From NCBI GenBank assembly GCA_963422645.2, contig CAXXVO010000005.1, forward strand, positions 288,001-352,000: a DNA stretch of 64,000 nucleotides. Direction: 5' to 3'. Below are positions 44,335 through 54,833 of this stretch, piece by piece. Source of the stretch: Alphaproteobacteria bacterium (GTDB lineage: Bacteria > Pseudomonadota > Alphaproteobacteria > UBA828). The notes under the pieces are model-generated. The model saw nothing but the letters and a program-made list of their open reading frames with translations, ran no database searches and was not told where the DNA came from. Position 1 is the stretch's first letter. The number at the start of each line of letters is the position of its first letter. Made by a program: the position numbers and the translations under genes.

Positions 44335-45196
44335 GGTTCTGTACCCATAAAATAATTGCCGGAGAGAGCGAATCATGATTCAAGCTCCCAAATTGCGGGA
44401 GCCTGCCGATGAACCGCTACGACCTGACCGACTTCGAATGGAGCGTGATCGAACCGTTGCTGCCGAACAAGCCTCGCGGCGTCCCGCGTGTGGATGATCG
44501 GCGCGTCCTCAACGGCATCATGTGGGTACTGCGCTCTGGCGCCCCCTGGCGAGACCTGCCCGAGCGCTACGGGCCTTACACGACCTGCTACAACCGCTTC
44601 AACCGCTGGCGCAAGAAGGGCATCTGGGATCAACTTATGGACGCTATCGTAGAAGCTTACGACGGTAACATACAGATGATCGACAGTTCCAGCGTCCGCG
44701 TTCACCAGCATGCGGCGGGCTCAAGAAGAAGGGGGGGCCGGATCGTTGCATGGGTCGTTCCCGAGGCGGACTGACGACGAAGGTGGTCATCGTGCGCTCC
44801 GCGCGCGTTCCGCGCGACGCCAGCGGCTTGCCGCTCCGCTTCACCTTGAGCCCTGGCCAAGCCCATGACAGCACGGCCGCTGAAGCTCTGCTCGAAGATC
44901 AACTTCCTGCAGACAGCTTCCTCCTCGGCGACAAGGCCTACGACGCCGAATGGATCAGAACGATGATCGAGGCGCAGGACGCCGTGGCGATCATTCCCGA
45001 CCGCAGCAACGCCAAGGCTGCCCATGCCTTCAGTCACATTCTCCACCGCCTGCGTAATCGGGTCGAGCGATTCTTCACCAAACTCAAGCAGTTCAGGTGC
45101 ACCGCAACACGCTACGAAAAACTCGCCGCAAACTACCTCGCGATGATCAAACTCGCCACAATCCGCATCTGGTTGCGCGCTAATGAGTCCACGCCC
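44335..45196 (+). mobile_element. IS5-family element (IS427-like group)
   Basis: Imperfect IRs GGTTCTGTACCCATAA / GGGCGTGGACTCATTA, TA on both flanks; the transposase stop is formed by the target TA(G). Confidence 0.8.
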
Positions 45197-45199
45197 TAG
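44409..45199 (+). CDS. IS5 transposase in two frames (44409-44774 and 44750-45199, -1 shift)
   Basis: LTDFEW, WRDLPERYG, IDSSSVRVHQH, GRSRGGLTTK, GDKAYD, RNRVERFF, ATRYEK. Confidence 0.88.
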
Positions 45200-45553
45200 T
45201 CACCTGAATCTAAAGTTCGTGGCATAAATTCAGACTTCCTGACCTCGTGATGCTGGCTGTTCTGGGCAGCGTGCCGGGAACTCCTTGAATTCTGATACAT
45301 TTCGGTTGTTTCAGGCGGTTTTTCGCTGGGTGTCGCGCCCGAGGTCTGATATGTCAATCGGCTTTCAATACTGACCCCCGATCGGCGTGCAAAATTGACC
45401 CCCCTGAGTGGCACGGCGGAGGTTGTCCCGGTAGCCAATAGGGGGGACCCGCGCGGCTTCGTGTGGCGCCCTGCGCTACGCGGAGCGAAGCCGCGTGGGG
45501 GGTCCCTGTTGGCCCACCGGGGCAACCGGGCCGCAAGGGAGGCCGGCGGCGGG

Positions 45554-46282
45554 TCAGGAGCGGTTCTTGAAGCGCCAGCTCTCGTTGCCGGTCTCGATGA
45601 TCTCGCAATGATGGGTGAGGCGATCGAGCAGCGCTGTGGTCATCTTGGGGTCGCCGAAGACGGATGGCCATTCGCCGAAGGCGAGGTTTGTGGTGATGAC
45701 GATCGAGGTGCGCTCGTAGAGCCGGCTCATCAGATGGAAGAGCAGCTGCCCACCGGCCTGGGCGAAGGGCAGGTAGCCGAGCTCGTCGAGGATGACGAAG
45801 TCGCGGCGGACGAGCTGGTCTGCAGTGCGGCCCTGGCGTCCGGCGCGAAGCTCGGCCTCGAGGAGGTTGACCAGGTCGACGACGTTGTAGCACCGGCCGC
45901 GCGCGCCCTTGCGGATGCAGGACCGCGCGATGGCGACGGCGAGATGGGTCTTGCCGGTACCGGTGCCGCCGACCAGCACGATGTTGCGTTTGCCCTCGAG
46001 GAAGCCGCCGCCGGCGAGCTCCTGGATCAGGGGCTCGTTGACCGGCGAGGCGGCGAAGTCGAAGTCGGCCAGCTCCTTGACCGTCGGCAGCTTGGCGGAG
46101 GCCATCTGGTACTTGATCGAGCGGGCCCTCTTGTCGGCGATCTCGACCTGCAGCAGCGTACCGATGATCTGTTGCACCGGATGGCGGCGCTTGAGCCCGT
46201 CGGCAAGGATGTCGTCGTAAGCGGCGCGCATACCTGCGAGCTTCAGCTGGGTCATCATCTCCAGCACATCATGACGCTCCAT
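45554..46282 (-). CDS. istB: IS21 helper AAA+ ATPase
   Basis: [34 protein letters not shown]. Confidence 0.97.
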   Translation of the reverse strand: MERHDVLEMMTQLKLAGMRAAYDDILADGLKRRHPVQQIIGTLLQVEIADKRARSIKYQMASAKLPTVKELADFDFAASPVNEPLIQELAGGGFLEGKRNIVLVGGTGTGKTHLAVAIARSCIRKGARGRCYNVVDLVNLLEAELRAGRQGRTADQLVRRDFVILDELGYLPFAQAGGQLLFHLMSRLYERTSIVITTNLAFGEWPSVFGDPKMTTALLDRLTHHCEIIETGNESWRFKNRS

Positions 46283-47783
46283 GACCGGCCTCCCTCAGGC
46301 TGTCGTAGCGCTGACAGTCGGCTACCGGCTTGTGGCGAAGCTGCAGGCCCTCGGGCGTCGGGATGATTGCCGGCGGTGCCGGCTGGCGCTGCCGGGCGAG
46401 GATGTTGAGCACCACGTCGGCGCTGCAGGCACCGCAGTCGAGCGTCTCGGCACAGGCCGCCTCAACCGCCTCCAGTCCGTCCTCCAGCACCGCCGCGAGC
46501 ACCTTGACGAACTGCCGGTCGCCGTCGTCGTGGCCCGCGAGCCGGGTTCGCAGGCGGCCGAGCGCGTTGGGCAACTGCCAGTCCTTGAAGGGCGCGCCAT
46601 TGCGTAGCGCGCCGGGCTTCCGCGTCAGGATCGGCACGTAATGCCACGGATCGTAGACGAACCGGCCGCGCCCGAAGCTGCGGGGGTGCTCGGCAACGGT
46701 CTCGCCGTCCTGGCGGATGACGATCCGATCGGCATAGGCCCGCACGTCCACCGGCCGGCCGACGGCGCGGGCCGCGACGCTGTACTGGTTGTTGTCGAAG
46801 CGCACCAGACAGGTCTTCGAGACCGACACCTCGCTGGCATGGAAGCCGTCGAAGGGGCCGCGATACGCCATCAGGAAGGGCTGCTCCTCCTCGAACACCT
46901 GCCACACCGTCTTGCCCGGGATTGTCGGATGCGGATGCTTCTTGGCGTCCTCGATGCACCGATCCATCAGCCACTCGTTGATCTCGGCGTAGGAGCGGCC
47001 CCGCGGGATGGGCACGAACAGGCGGCCGCGAAGGTCACCCACCTGCTTCTCGACCTGCCCCTTCTCCCAGCCAGCCCCTGGCGTGCACGCCACAGGCTCC
47101 ACCAGATGGTGCGAGCACAGCTCCTGGAAGCGGCGGTTGTAGTCCCGCTTCTTGCCCACGAAGATCGTGCTCACCGCCGTCTTCATGTTGTCGTAGATGC
47201 CCCGCCGGCAGACCCCGCCGAAGAAGCGGAAGGCACGCTCGTGCGCCTCGAAGACCATCTCCTGGCTCTCGCGGGGAAAGATCTGGACCAGATACATCCG
47301 GCTGTGGCACAGCCGCATGTGCGCCGCCTTCACCCTGGTCGTCGCGCCCGACAGACGCGCGTACTCGTGGCTCCAGTCGAACTGGTAGGCCTCGCCGGGA
47401 TCGAAGATCAGCGGCACATAGGCCTGCGCCGGCGACAACAGCCGCCACCGGCGCCGCCAGGCCCTGGCATAGCGGCGAACCGCGTCATAGCCGCCCTTGT
47501 AGCCCAGCGACACAAGGTCTTCATGAATCCGCAGAAGAGACAGCCGATCCTTGCGTGCCTTCTTCTCGTTGGCCTTCAGCTGGCGCTCAAGCTCCTCCAC
47601 CCACAGCCCAAGCTTCGGCATCGGCTGGATCTTGCGCTCGTAGCTGTGCGAGGTCGCATCGCCCCGCACCACCTTGCGTATCGTGTTCTTGGAAACCCTC
47701 AAATCCCGGGCGAGCTTCTTGATCGGAACGCCCTTCACCAGATGATCCCGACGGATCTTCGCGATCGTTTCCACAACCAGCAT
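46269..47783 (-). CDS. istA: IS21 transposase
   Basis: N-terminal [30 protein letters not shown]. Confidence 0.96.
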   Translation of the reverse strand: MLVVETIAKIRRDHLVKGVPIKKLARDLRVSKNTIRKVVRGDATSHSYERKIQPMPKLGLWVEELERQLKANEKKARKDRLSLLRIHEDLVSLGYKGGYDAVRRYARAWRRRWRLLSPAQAYVPLIFDPGEAYQFDWSHEYARLSGATTRVKAAHMRLCHSRMYLVQIFPRESQEMVFEAHERAFRFFGGVCRRGIYDNMKTAVSTIFVGKKRDYNRRFQELCSHHLVEPVACTPGAGWEKGQVEKQVGDLRGRLFVPIPRGRSYAEINEWLMDRCIEDAKKHPHPTIPGKTVWQVFEEEQPFLMAYRGPFDGFHASEVSVSKTCLVRFDNNQYSVAARAVGRPVDVRAYADRIVIRQDGETVAEHPRSFGRGRFVYDPWHYVPILTRKPGALRNGAPFKDWQLPNALGRLRTRLAGHDDGDRQFVKVLAAVLEDGLEAVEAACAETLDCGACSADVVLNILARQRQPAPPAIIPTPEGLQLRHKPVADCQRYDSLREAGHGAS

Positions 47784-48085
47784 CTCCCCCACCACCCCGT
47801 CCGTCCAAACGACGAGGTGTGTTCATGGACACAAATCCAAGGGGGTCAATTTTGGACGCCGATCACCCCCAATAGGGGGTCACTTTTCCACGCTTAACAA
47901 CAAACTGCTCGGCGCGGCCGAAGTGAATGGAGCCCGGCCCTGCCGAAGCGGTCGCAGAGTTAAAGAATATGCGTGACCTTGCGGCTTATCTCGTTTCGCG
48001 CGCGGGATATATTGTCTCGGACCGGGGTCTTATCCCGAAGAGGTGTATGAAAGAGCTTATGTGATGCGTCCCGGTAGGGGACACA

Positions 48086-48382
48086 TTACGCGGCGTCGGC
48101 GGGTCGCACGCGCTCAGCGATCTCAGCTCCGCGTTCCCGTTCGACCCGAGCGATGTCGTACTGGCTCTGGAGACCGATCCAGAATGGCGCGCCGTTGCCA
48201 AAATAGAGGCCGAGACGCACCGCCGTGTCGGCGGTGATCGACCGGCGGCCATTCAGAATGTCGGTCACACGGCCGGACGGAACGCTGATGTCCAGCGCCA
48301 GCCTGTTGGCGCTCAGGCCCCGCGCCTCGAGCTCGCGCTTGAGCAGCCTGCCGGGGTGTGAAATCGGTGTCATGGCCTTCAT
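48086..48382 (-). CDS. higA: HigA-family antitoxin (XRE HTH)
   Basis: HPGRLLKREL, ILNGRRSITADTAVRL, FWIGLQSQYD. Confidence 0.94.
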   Translation of the reverse strand: MKAMTPISHPGRLLKRELEARGLSANRLALDISVPSGRVTDILNGRRSITADTAVRLGLYFGNGAPFWIGLQSQYDIARVERERGAEIAERVRPADAA

Positions 48383-48666
48383 CCCCTGTGGTAGTCGACG
48401 ACCTCGACCTCGTAGGCGTCACCCGCCCGAAACTCGAAGCAAATCCGCCAAGGCCCGTTCACCGTCATCGCCCATTGACTTGCCCGCGTCCCCTTGAGCT
48501 TGTGCAACCCGACGCTCTTGAGCGGGCTCAGGTCGCGGAGCGTGTCGGCGGCATTGAGCGCAAGCAGCAAGTCGATGGCGGCGGCGTGGTCCAGGCCACG
48601 AAACCGGTTCGGCGTCTCACCTTCCCAGACCCTTCGGCTGGCCGCGTTGCACCATGAGCGGATCAC
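48379..48666 (-). CDS. higB: HigB-family (RelE-like) toxin
   Basis: LHKLKG, WAMTVNGPWRICFEF, VVDYH; toxin-first order overlapping higA. Confidence 0.92.
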   Translation of the reverse strand: MIRSWCNAASRRVWEGETPNRFRGLDHAAAIDLLLALNAADTLRDLSPLKSVGLHKLKGTRASQWAMTVNGPWRICFEFRAGDAYEVEVVDYHRG

Positions 48667-48848
48667 GGCAAAAACATACTACGTCGGTCGGACAAGTACA
48701 ATGTCATGCCGAGCGTGAAAGCCGATGGACGTGATGTCCGGCATCGGACATGTTCTCGAATCCCGAGGCTTGGTTGGTCTCCTCACGTGGCGATGCGCTG
48801 TCCCGCATGAAGCCTGGCCCCGCCGGGATGACCAGAACATAACAGGCA

Positions 48849-50063
48849 TCAAGGCGGCACGGGTCGATCGGTGCCGCTCCCGGCTTTGGAGATCAGGAGA
48901 TCGGCTCCGATGCTGGCGGCAATCAGGGCCGCAGCCTCGTGCATCGAGTCGCGCGCCAGATGGGCGTACCTGGCTGTTGTCTCCATCTGAGTGTGACCGA
49001 GAAGCCGGCCGATAACGGGCAGGCTCTCACCGAGAGCCAGTGCCCGGGAAGCCCAGCTGTGTCTGAGGTCGTGAAGCCGCACGTCCTCAAGCCCGGCTCG
49101 TTTCCTGACGCGATCCCATTGCTTGCTGATGTTGGACAGGCGCTCGCCTAGCCGTCGACTGGCGATCACCCAGGGGTTGCCCGCAACGCGCGGCAGGTCC
49201 GCCAGAACCTTTAGTGCCTCCGGAGACAGCGTCAGTGTGCGGGCGCCCGTCTTGGTGTCGGCGAGGTTCAGCTCGCCCACATCGAGATCGACATCCTCCC
49301 AGCGCAGCATCCCGATTTCGTTGCGCCGGCAGCCGGTCAGCATGAGAAGTCGAAGCGCCGCCGCCGCATGGGGGGACAGGCTGCCTTCAGTCTCCATCTC
49401 GTTGAGCACGCGGCCGAGACGGTCGAACTCTTCGTCGGTCAGGAACCTCTCGCGCCTTTGGCCCCTGTACTTGACCACGAAGCGGCAGGGATTGCCGCCC
49501 TCCGTCGCCACGCCCCAGGTCCCGGCTGCGTTGAACATCCGCGACAGGAAGGCGACCACCGTGTTGGCCATCGCCGGCGTGTCGCGCAGCTTGTAATGGA
49601 GATCGGCGACATGCTCCCGGCTTACAGCGGCGAGAGGCAACGTGCCGAGTGTGGGGAGAATGTGCTTATCGAGCACCATCCGCCACAGGGTACCGGTGTT
49701 CGGTTTGCAGTGGACGATGACATGCTTTTCCAGGTATCGCGCAGAAAACTCGGCCACGGTCGGTTCCGATCCTGGCTTAGGCGCTACTGGTGCGGGGATT
49801 GCGCCCTCGCCTGCCTTGACGCGGGCGATGATCAGCGCTGCCCGCTGGCGCGCCTGCTCTGCTGTAATGACGCCGTGACGGCCCACCGTGACGCGTTTGG
49901 ATTTTCCCTTCGCCCGCGTCTGCACGATGTAGACCTTCGACCCGGAGGGATAGACGCGCACGCCGAAGCCCGGCAACTCGCTGTCCCAATACACCATGTC
50001 CCTCTCGACAGAGAGTGACTCGACCGTTCGCTTCGAGATGCTTCTGCGGTGAAGTTTGGTCAT
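48849..50063 (-). CDS. Tyrosine recombinase/integrase with arm-binding domain
   Basis: WDSELPGFGVRV, TGCRRNE, KTG, HDLRH, LLGH, TARY. Confidence 0.95.
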   Translation of the reverse strand: MTKLHRRSISKRTVESLSVERDMVYWDSELPGFGVRVYPSGSKVYIVQTRAKGKSKRVTVGRHGVITAEQARQRAALIIARVKAGEGAIPAPVAPKPGSEPTVAEFSARYLEKHVIVHCKPNTGTLWRMVLDKHILPTLGTLPLAAVSREHVADLHYKLRDTPAMANTVVAFLSRMFNAAGTWGVATEGGNPCRFVVKYRGQRRERFLTDEEFDRLGRVLNEMETEGSLSPHAAAALRLLMLTGCRRNEIGMLRWEDVDLDVGELNLADTKTGARTLTLSPEALKVLADLPRVAGNPWVIASRRLGERLSNISKQWDRVRKRAGLEDVRLHDLRHSWASRALALGESLPVIGRLLGHTQMETTARYAHLARDSMHEAAALIAASIGADLLISKAGSGTDRPVPP

Positions 50064-50075
50064 CGCAGCCTCCGC

Positions 50076-51290
50076 TTATCCGGTGCTGGCACGCGGGCTC
50101 ACGGGGGAGCTGGCTGCGGATTGCGCCAGGACGTGCGCGCCGATACTTCCACCTACTCTGGCTGCCGACGTCCTCTCCGTCTCGCGCGCCAGATGGGCAT
50201 AACGAGCGGTGGTCGACACCTTCGTGTGGCCAAGGAGCCGACCTATCATTGTGAGACTTACGCCGAGAGCCAGGGCGCGGCTCGCGTAGCTGTGTCTGAA
50301 ATCGTGGATTCGCACATCGTCGAGACCGGCCTGCGATCGAAGCCGATACCAGTGCTCGCGGATCGTCGATAGACGCTGGACGCCCGGCCTGCTGCTGACG
50401 ATGACCCAGGGATTGCCCGGAACGCGGGGAGTGGCCGCGAGCACCTCCCTGACCGTCGGCGTCAACGGCACCGACCGCGGTCCCGTCTTGCCATCGCGGA
50501 TGCGGAGCTCGCCCGCCGTCCGGTCCACGTCGTCCCACCGCAGGAACAGTATCTCGTTCAGCCGGCAGCCGGTGAGCATCAACAGGCGGATGGCCGCAAC
50601 CGCATACACCGACGCGCCGCCCTCGGCCTCGGCCTGGTCCAGCACCTTGCCGAGACGGCGGGTTTCGCCAGGAGAGAGGAAACGCTCGCGTTGCTTCTCC
50701 TTGTAACGGCGCACGGTGCGGCAGGGATTGGCGCCGGCCGGCCGCAGGTCCCAGGCTACGGCCAGAGAGAGCATCTTGCTCAGAATGTCGATCACTCGGT
50801 TGGCCGTGACGGGCTTGGTCCGAAGTGCGTAGTGAAGGGACGAGACATGGGCGGGTTCAACCGTGCGGACCGTCAGGGCGCCCAGGGCGGGAAGGATGTG
50901 TTTGTCGAGGGCGAGGCTGTAGAACCCGGCCGTGGCCGGCTTGCAGTTGACCTCCACGTGGGCGCGCATGAATCTCTCGGCGAGGTCGGCCACGGTGGGC
51001 TCGGGTTGGGCCGGCGCGGGCACCGGGTCCTCGCCGCGCTTGATGCGATCGATGATGGCGGCGGCCTGCTTGCGGGCCTCATCGGCCGTGATTGTCCCGT
51101 GCTGTCCGATGGTGACGCGCTGCGACCCATTGGGCCCCCGGCATTGGATGACATAGGACTTCCGTCCGGAGACGTAGACCCGGACACCGAAACCGGGAAG
51201 GTCACGGTCCCAGTAGAGAGCATCGCTGCCGTCGGCAGGAAGGGCATGGACGGCCCGCTTGGAGATAGTACGGTGTTGTGGTCGCGGCAT
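50076..51290 (-). CDS. Tyrosine recombinase/integrase with arm-binding domain (tandem paralog)
   Basis: WDRDLPGFGVRV, TGCRLNE, KTG, HDFRH, LLGH, TARY. Confidence 0.95.
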   Translation of the reverse strand: MPRPQHRTISKRAVHALPADGSDALYWDRDLPGFGVRVYVSGRKSYVIQCRGPNGSQRVTIGQHGTITADEARKQAAAIIDRIKRGEDPVPAPAQPEPTVADLAERFMRAHVEVNCKPATAGFYSLALDKHILPALGALTVRTVEPAHVSSLHYALRTKPVTANRVIDILSKMLSLAVAWDLRPAGANPCRTVRRYKEKQRERFLSPGETRRLGKVLDQAEAEGGASVYAVAAIRLLMLTGCRLNEILFLRWDDVDRTAGELRIRDGKTGPRSVPLTPTVREVLAATPRVPGNPWVIVSSRPGVQRLSTIREHWYRLRSQAGLDDVRIHDFRHSYASRALALGVSLTMIGRLLGHTKVSTTARYAHLARETERTSAARVGGSIGAHVLAQSAASSPVSPRASTG

Positions 51291-51314
51291 GGTGTGCCCC
51301 GGCGTGTCGCATGC

Positions 51315-51449
51315 GTAATGCTTCCGTTCTCAGGTGATGGATGGTGATTTCACCGATTGAGTGTCCGCTTCCAGTCTCGTCGGAGAGGCCGCAGCCAGAT
51401 GTCCCTCCTGGGCTCGGCCCGCTTCATGTGCGTGTCGTAGCGCCCGCGC
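51315..51449 (-). repeat. Left 135-bp inverted repeat (inverted copy of the right end)
   Basis: Reverse complement of 57546-57680 with one mismatch. Confidence 0.93.
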
Positions 51450-51494
51450 AAAAGCCTCTGGTAACGCCGCCGGTGATTCGATATCGTCTCGCCC

Positions 51495-53933
51495 ATGGCG
51501 ATGCGAGACGAGGATTTCGGGACGGCGCTGACACCGACCGAGGGGGACGAGGCGATCTGGTCGCCCCCCATGTCGGCGCCGGCGAGCGAGCCGCGCGACT
51601 GGCAATCTCTGTGCGAACAGGCGCAGGCGCGGGCGGAAGCAGCGGAAGCGCGTGCGGAAGAGTTGCGCTGGGCGGAAGTCGCCGCCCGCAGCGATGCGGG
51701 TGCGTGGAAGTCGCGGTTCAAGGCCTGCCGGCAGAGGCTGAGCGAGGCCGAGGAAGAGACCGGGGACCTCCGCCGCGCGGCCAAGGACGTGCCGGCCTTG
51801 CAGGCCGAAGTGGCGCACTTGCAGGAGTTGCTCTCCGAAGCCCGCAGCGTATCGAGCGAGTTCGGCACGATCGAAGCGCTGCGCGACGAGGTTGCTCAGT
51901 TGCAAGAGGCCCTGGCGTCGAAAGCCCGGAAGGACGCGACGGGGCCACTGTCGAGGGAGAATGCCCGGCTCCGCAAGACCCTGGAGCGGTCGCAGGGACA
52001 GAAGGACGAGGTCGCGGCGTTGCGCGGAGAGGTCTCGGCGCGGCGCAAGTCGGAGCGGGCCGCGCAGACGGCGCTGTCGAAGGAGAGCATCCGGCTGGGC
52101 AAGGCGCTGGAACGGACGCAGAAGCAGAAGGACACGGTCAAGGCGCTGCGCGAGGAAGTCGATTCCCTGACCCGGGAGACCCGTCGGCAGAACCGGGAGA
52201 ACGGCCGGCTGCGCCGCGAGCTGGAGTGGTTGCAGGGCATCAGGGCGACGGCACGTGGGTTGTCCGACGAGGTCGAGCTGCTGCGCGCGGAACTGGCGGA
52301 ATACCACGACCAGACGAACTTCATCGATTGGCAGGACAGGCGCATCGTCGACTTGCAAATTGCCCTGGATACGTCGGCCTTCAAGACCGAGCGGCTGGAG
52401 GCCGAGCTTGCCGAACGTCCCCTGCTGCCTGCGGCCTTGAAGAGATTGCGCCAGCAGGAGAAGACCATCGAGTCCCTGCGGGCCCGGATCGAGACGCTGG
52501 AAGAGGAGCTGGCCAAGCTGCGCTCGAGCCGGGCCGTCCTGTCGAAGGCGCTCCACGGCAGGAAGAGCGAGCAGCAGCAGAAGCCCGGTACGGGGCGCAA
52601 GCGCGGCCAGCAACGCGGCGCGCCCGGCCACGGCCGCACCCCGCGGCCCAAGCTCCAGGAGAAGAAGGAACGGCGCAACCCGCCGAAGGATGCGCGCATC
52701 TGTTCCTGTTGCGGCAAGCCCTATGTCGCCAACGGCGAACGCTCCACGAGCCTGATCGAGATCGAGGTCAAGGCCCACATCCGCAGGATCGTGCGGCCGC
52801 GCTACCGCCGGGGCTGCGAGTGTGCGTCCTCGCCCCTGGAAGCGATTGCGCCGCCGGTGCCGCGGCTGTTCCCCGGAACGCTCTTCGGAACCAGCTTCTG
52901 GGCACGGTTCCTGTTCGAACACTGTGGGTGTCTGCGCCCGCTGTGCCGGGTCGCCGCGTGGTACGGGGACCAGGGGCTGCCGGTCTCGCCGGGTACGCTG
53001 GCCAACAGCCTGAAGCGCTTCGTGCCGCTGTTCGACCCGCTCTACGAGGCGATCCTCGCGCACCAGAACACCGCGGCGTTGCGCCATGCCGACGAGACCG
53101 GCTGGCGGGTACAGGAGTTCCGCGACACCGGCCGTTCGAGCCGCGCCTGGCTGTGGGTCTCGGTCAGCAAGGATTCGGTCTACTACATCATCGACCCCTC
53201 GCGCAGCGCCGAGGTCGCAAGGACCCTGTTCCGCGACACCGCCTGTATCGTCTTCCTGGTCTGCGACCGCTACAGCGCATACAAAACGCTGGCGCGCGAA
53301 CTCGCCGGCAAGGTGATCCTGTGCTGGTGCTGGGCACATCAGCGACGCGACTTCGTCGACTGCGCGACCGGGCAGGAGGCGCTGACCGAATGGTGCCAGG
53401 AATGGGTCGAGCGGATCGCGCTCGTCTACCACCTGAACGACGAACGGCTGAAGCATTACGACCCCGCTCTCGAACGCCAGACACGGGCCTTCGACGCGGC
53501 GCAGCGCAAGCTCGGAAGGGCGGTCAAGCGCCTGTTCGCGGACGCCGAGGCGGAACTGGCCGGCCTGCCGGACAAGGACCGTCGGGCAAAGCCCTTGCGC
53601 TCGCTGCTCAACCACCGCGAAGGGTTGTGCGTCTTCGTCGACAATCCCCAGGTTCCGATGGACAACAACGCCGGGGAGCGGGCGATCCGCGGGCCGGCCA
53701 TCGGGCGCCGATTGAGCTTCGGTTCCAACAGCGAGGACGGCGCGAAGTTCACCGCGACCATGTACTCCGTCATCGGCACGCTCTCGATGAACGGCATCGA
53801 CGTGCCGCGCTGGCTGGAGGCATGGTTGAAGGCCTGCGCGGAGAATGGCGGCAAACCGCCCGACGACCTGTCCCCATGGCTGCCGTGGACGATGAGCGAG
53901 GCGCGCAGGCGCAAGTTCACGGCGCAGGAATGA
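51495..53933 (+). CDS. tnpC: IS66 transposase with a long N-terminal coiled coil
   Basis: HGRKSE, RGQQRGAPGHGR, Cys pairs, HADETGW, VCDRYSAY, DNNAGERAIR; 812 aa. Confidence 0.92.
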   Translation: MAMRDEDFGTALTPTEGDEAIWSPPMSAPASEPRDWQSLCEQAQARAEAAEARAEELRWAEVAARSDAGAWKSRFKACRQRLSEAEEETGDLRRAAKDVPALQAEVAHLQELLSEARSVSSEFGTIEALRDEVAQLQEALASKARKDATGPLSRENARLRKTLERSQGQKDEVAALRGEVSARRKSERAAQTALSKESIRLGKALERTQKQKDTVKALREEVDSLTRETRRQNRENGRLRRELEWLQGIRATARGLSDEVELLRAELAEYHDQTNFIDWQDRRIVDLQIALDTSAFKTERLEAELAERPLLPAALKRLRQQEKTIESLRARIETLEEELAKLRSSRAVLSKALHGRKSEQQQKPGTGRKRGQQRGAPGHGRTPRPKLQEKKERRNPPKDARICSCCGKPYVANGERSTSLIEIEVKAHIRRIVRPRYRRGCECASSPLEAIAPPVPRLFPGTLFGTSFWARFLFEHCGCLRPLCRVAAWYGDQGLPVSPGTLANSLKRFVPLFDPLYEAILAHQNTAALRHADETGWRVQEFRDTGRSSRAWLWVSVSKDSVYYIIDPSRSAEVARTLFRDTACIVFLVCDRYSAYKTLARELAGKVILCWCWAHQRRDFVDCATGQEALTEWCQEWVERIALVYHLNDERLKHYDPALERQTRAFDAAQRKLGRAVKRLFADAEAELAGLPDKDRRAKPLRSLLNHREGLCVFVDNPQVPMDNNAGERAIRGPAIGRRLSFGSNSEDGAKFTATMYSVIGTLSMNGIDVPRWLEAWLKACAENGGKPPDDLSPWLPWTMSEARRRKFTAQE

Positions 53934-54833
53934 CCGGCGCCATCGAGTGCCGGTACTACGGGCGCGACTTCACCGCCGAGGAGATGGCGCTCCTGCGCGT
54001 GCTCATCGCCGCCGGCCCACCGCCCAACCGCCATGCCCTGTCGAGGGAGTTCTGCCGGCGCATCGGCTGGTTCAAGCCTGACGGCGGGCTCAAGGACATG
54101 ATGGCCAGGGTGACGATGCTGGCCATGCACAAGGACGGCCTGATCGTCCTCCCGCCGCCGAAATGGCCGCGCCCGCCGCGCCCGCCGCGTCGGCCCATGG
54201 TCTTCGGACCCGACACCGAGCCGCCGGTGCATCCGGCGCCGACATCCCTCGACGCGGTTCGCCCGCTCGATCTGCGGCCTGCCGTCCGCTACAGCCGCGA
54301 GGGCAAGCTGTGGAACGAGTTCGTCGCCCGCTACCACTATCTCGGCTACAAGACCCTGGTCGGCGCCCAGATGCGCTACGCCGTCCACGACCGTGACGGC
54401 CGGCCCATCGCCATGCTCGGCTTCAGCACCGCGGCGCGAAAGCTCGCACCCCGCGACCGCTTCATCGGATGGACGCCGCAGTCGCGCGAGAAGAACCTCC
54501 CGCTTGTGATCGACAACCCGAGGTTCCTTATTCTGCCCTGGATCGTCATCCCGAACCTGGGCTCGCACATCCTCTCGCTCGTGCGCCGGCAACTGCCCGG
54601 CGACTGGGAGGCGCGCTTCGGAGCGCGCCCGGTTCTGGTGGAGATGAAGGCTTCATAATGCTTCTCCGTTGTGCAGGTGGGCGGGCGTTTCTACCGCATT
54701 GATAGAAAAGGCGGTTTGGATTCCGTTGTTGCCGCCGCGGCGACCTTTACATCGTGCCGGACGTGATTTTCCAGTATCGCACGTTGGAGGTGCGGATCTG
54801 CATCGGGCGTTTTGCCTGACGGTCCGGGCATGG

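Larger units (their letters stand above)
45352..47902 (-). mobile_element. IS21-family element, copy 1
   Basis: TG...CA ends (TGTCAATCGGC.../...CGCTTAACAACA), each with two TGACCCC-type subterminal repeats; istA-istB; no TSD seen. Confidence 0.93.

Noticed and set aside
51341-54658. 1105-aa plus-strand ORF
   Set aside because: Off-frame, Arg/Gly-rich read-through of tnpC; only the part from ATG 53930 (DUF4338) looks like protein.
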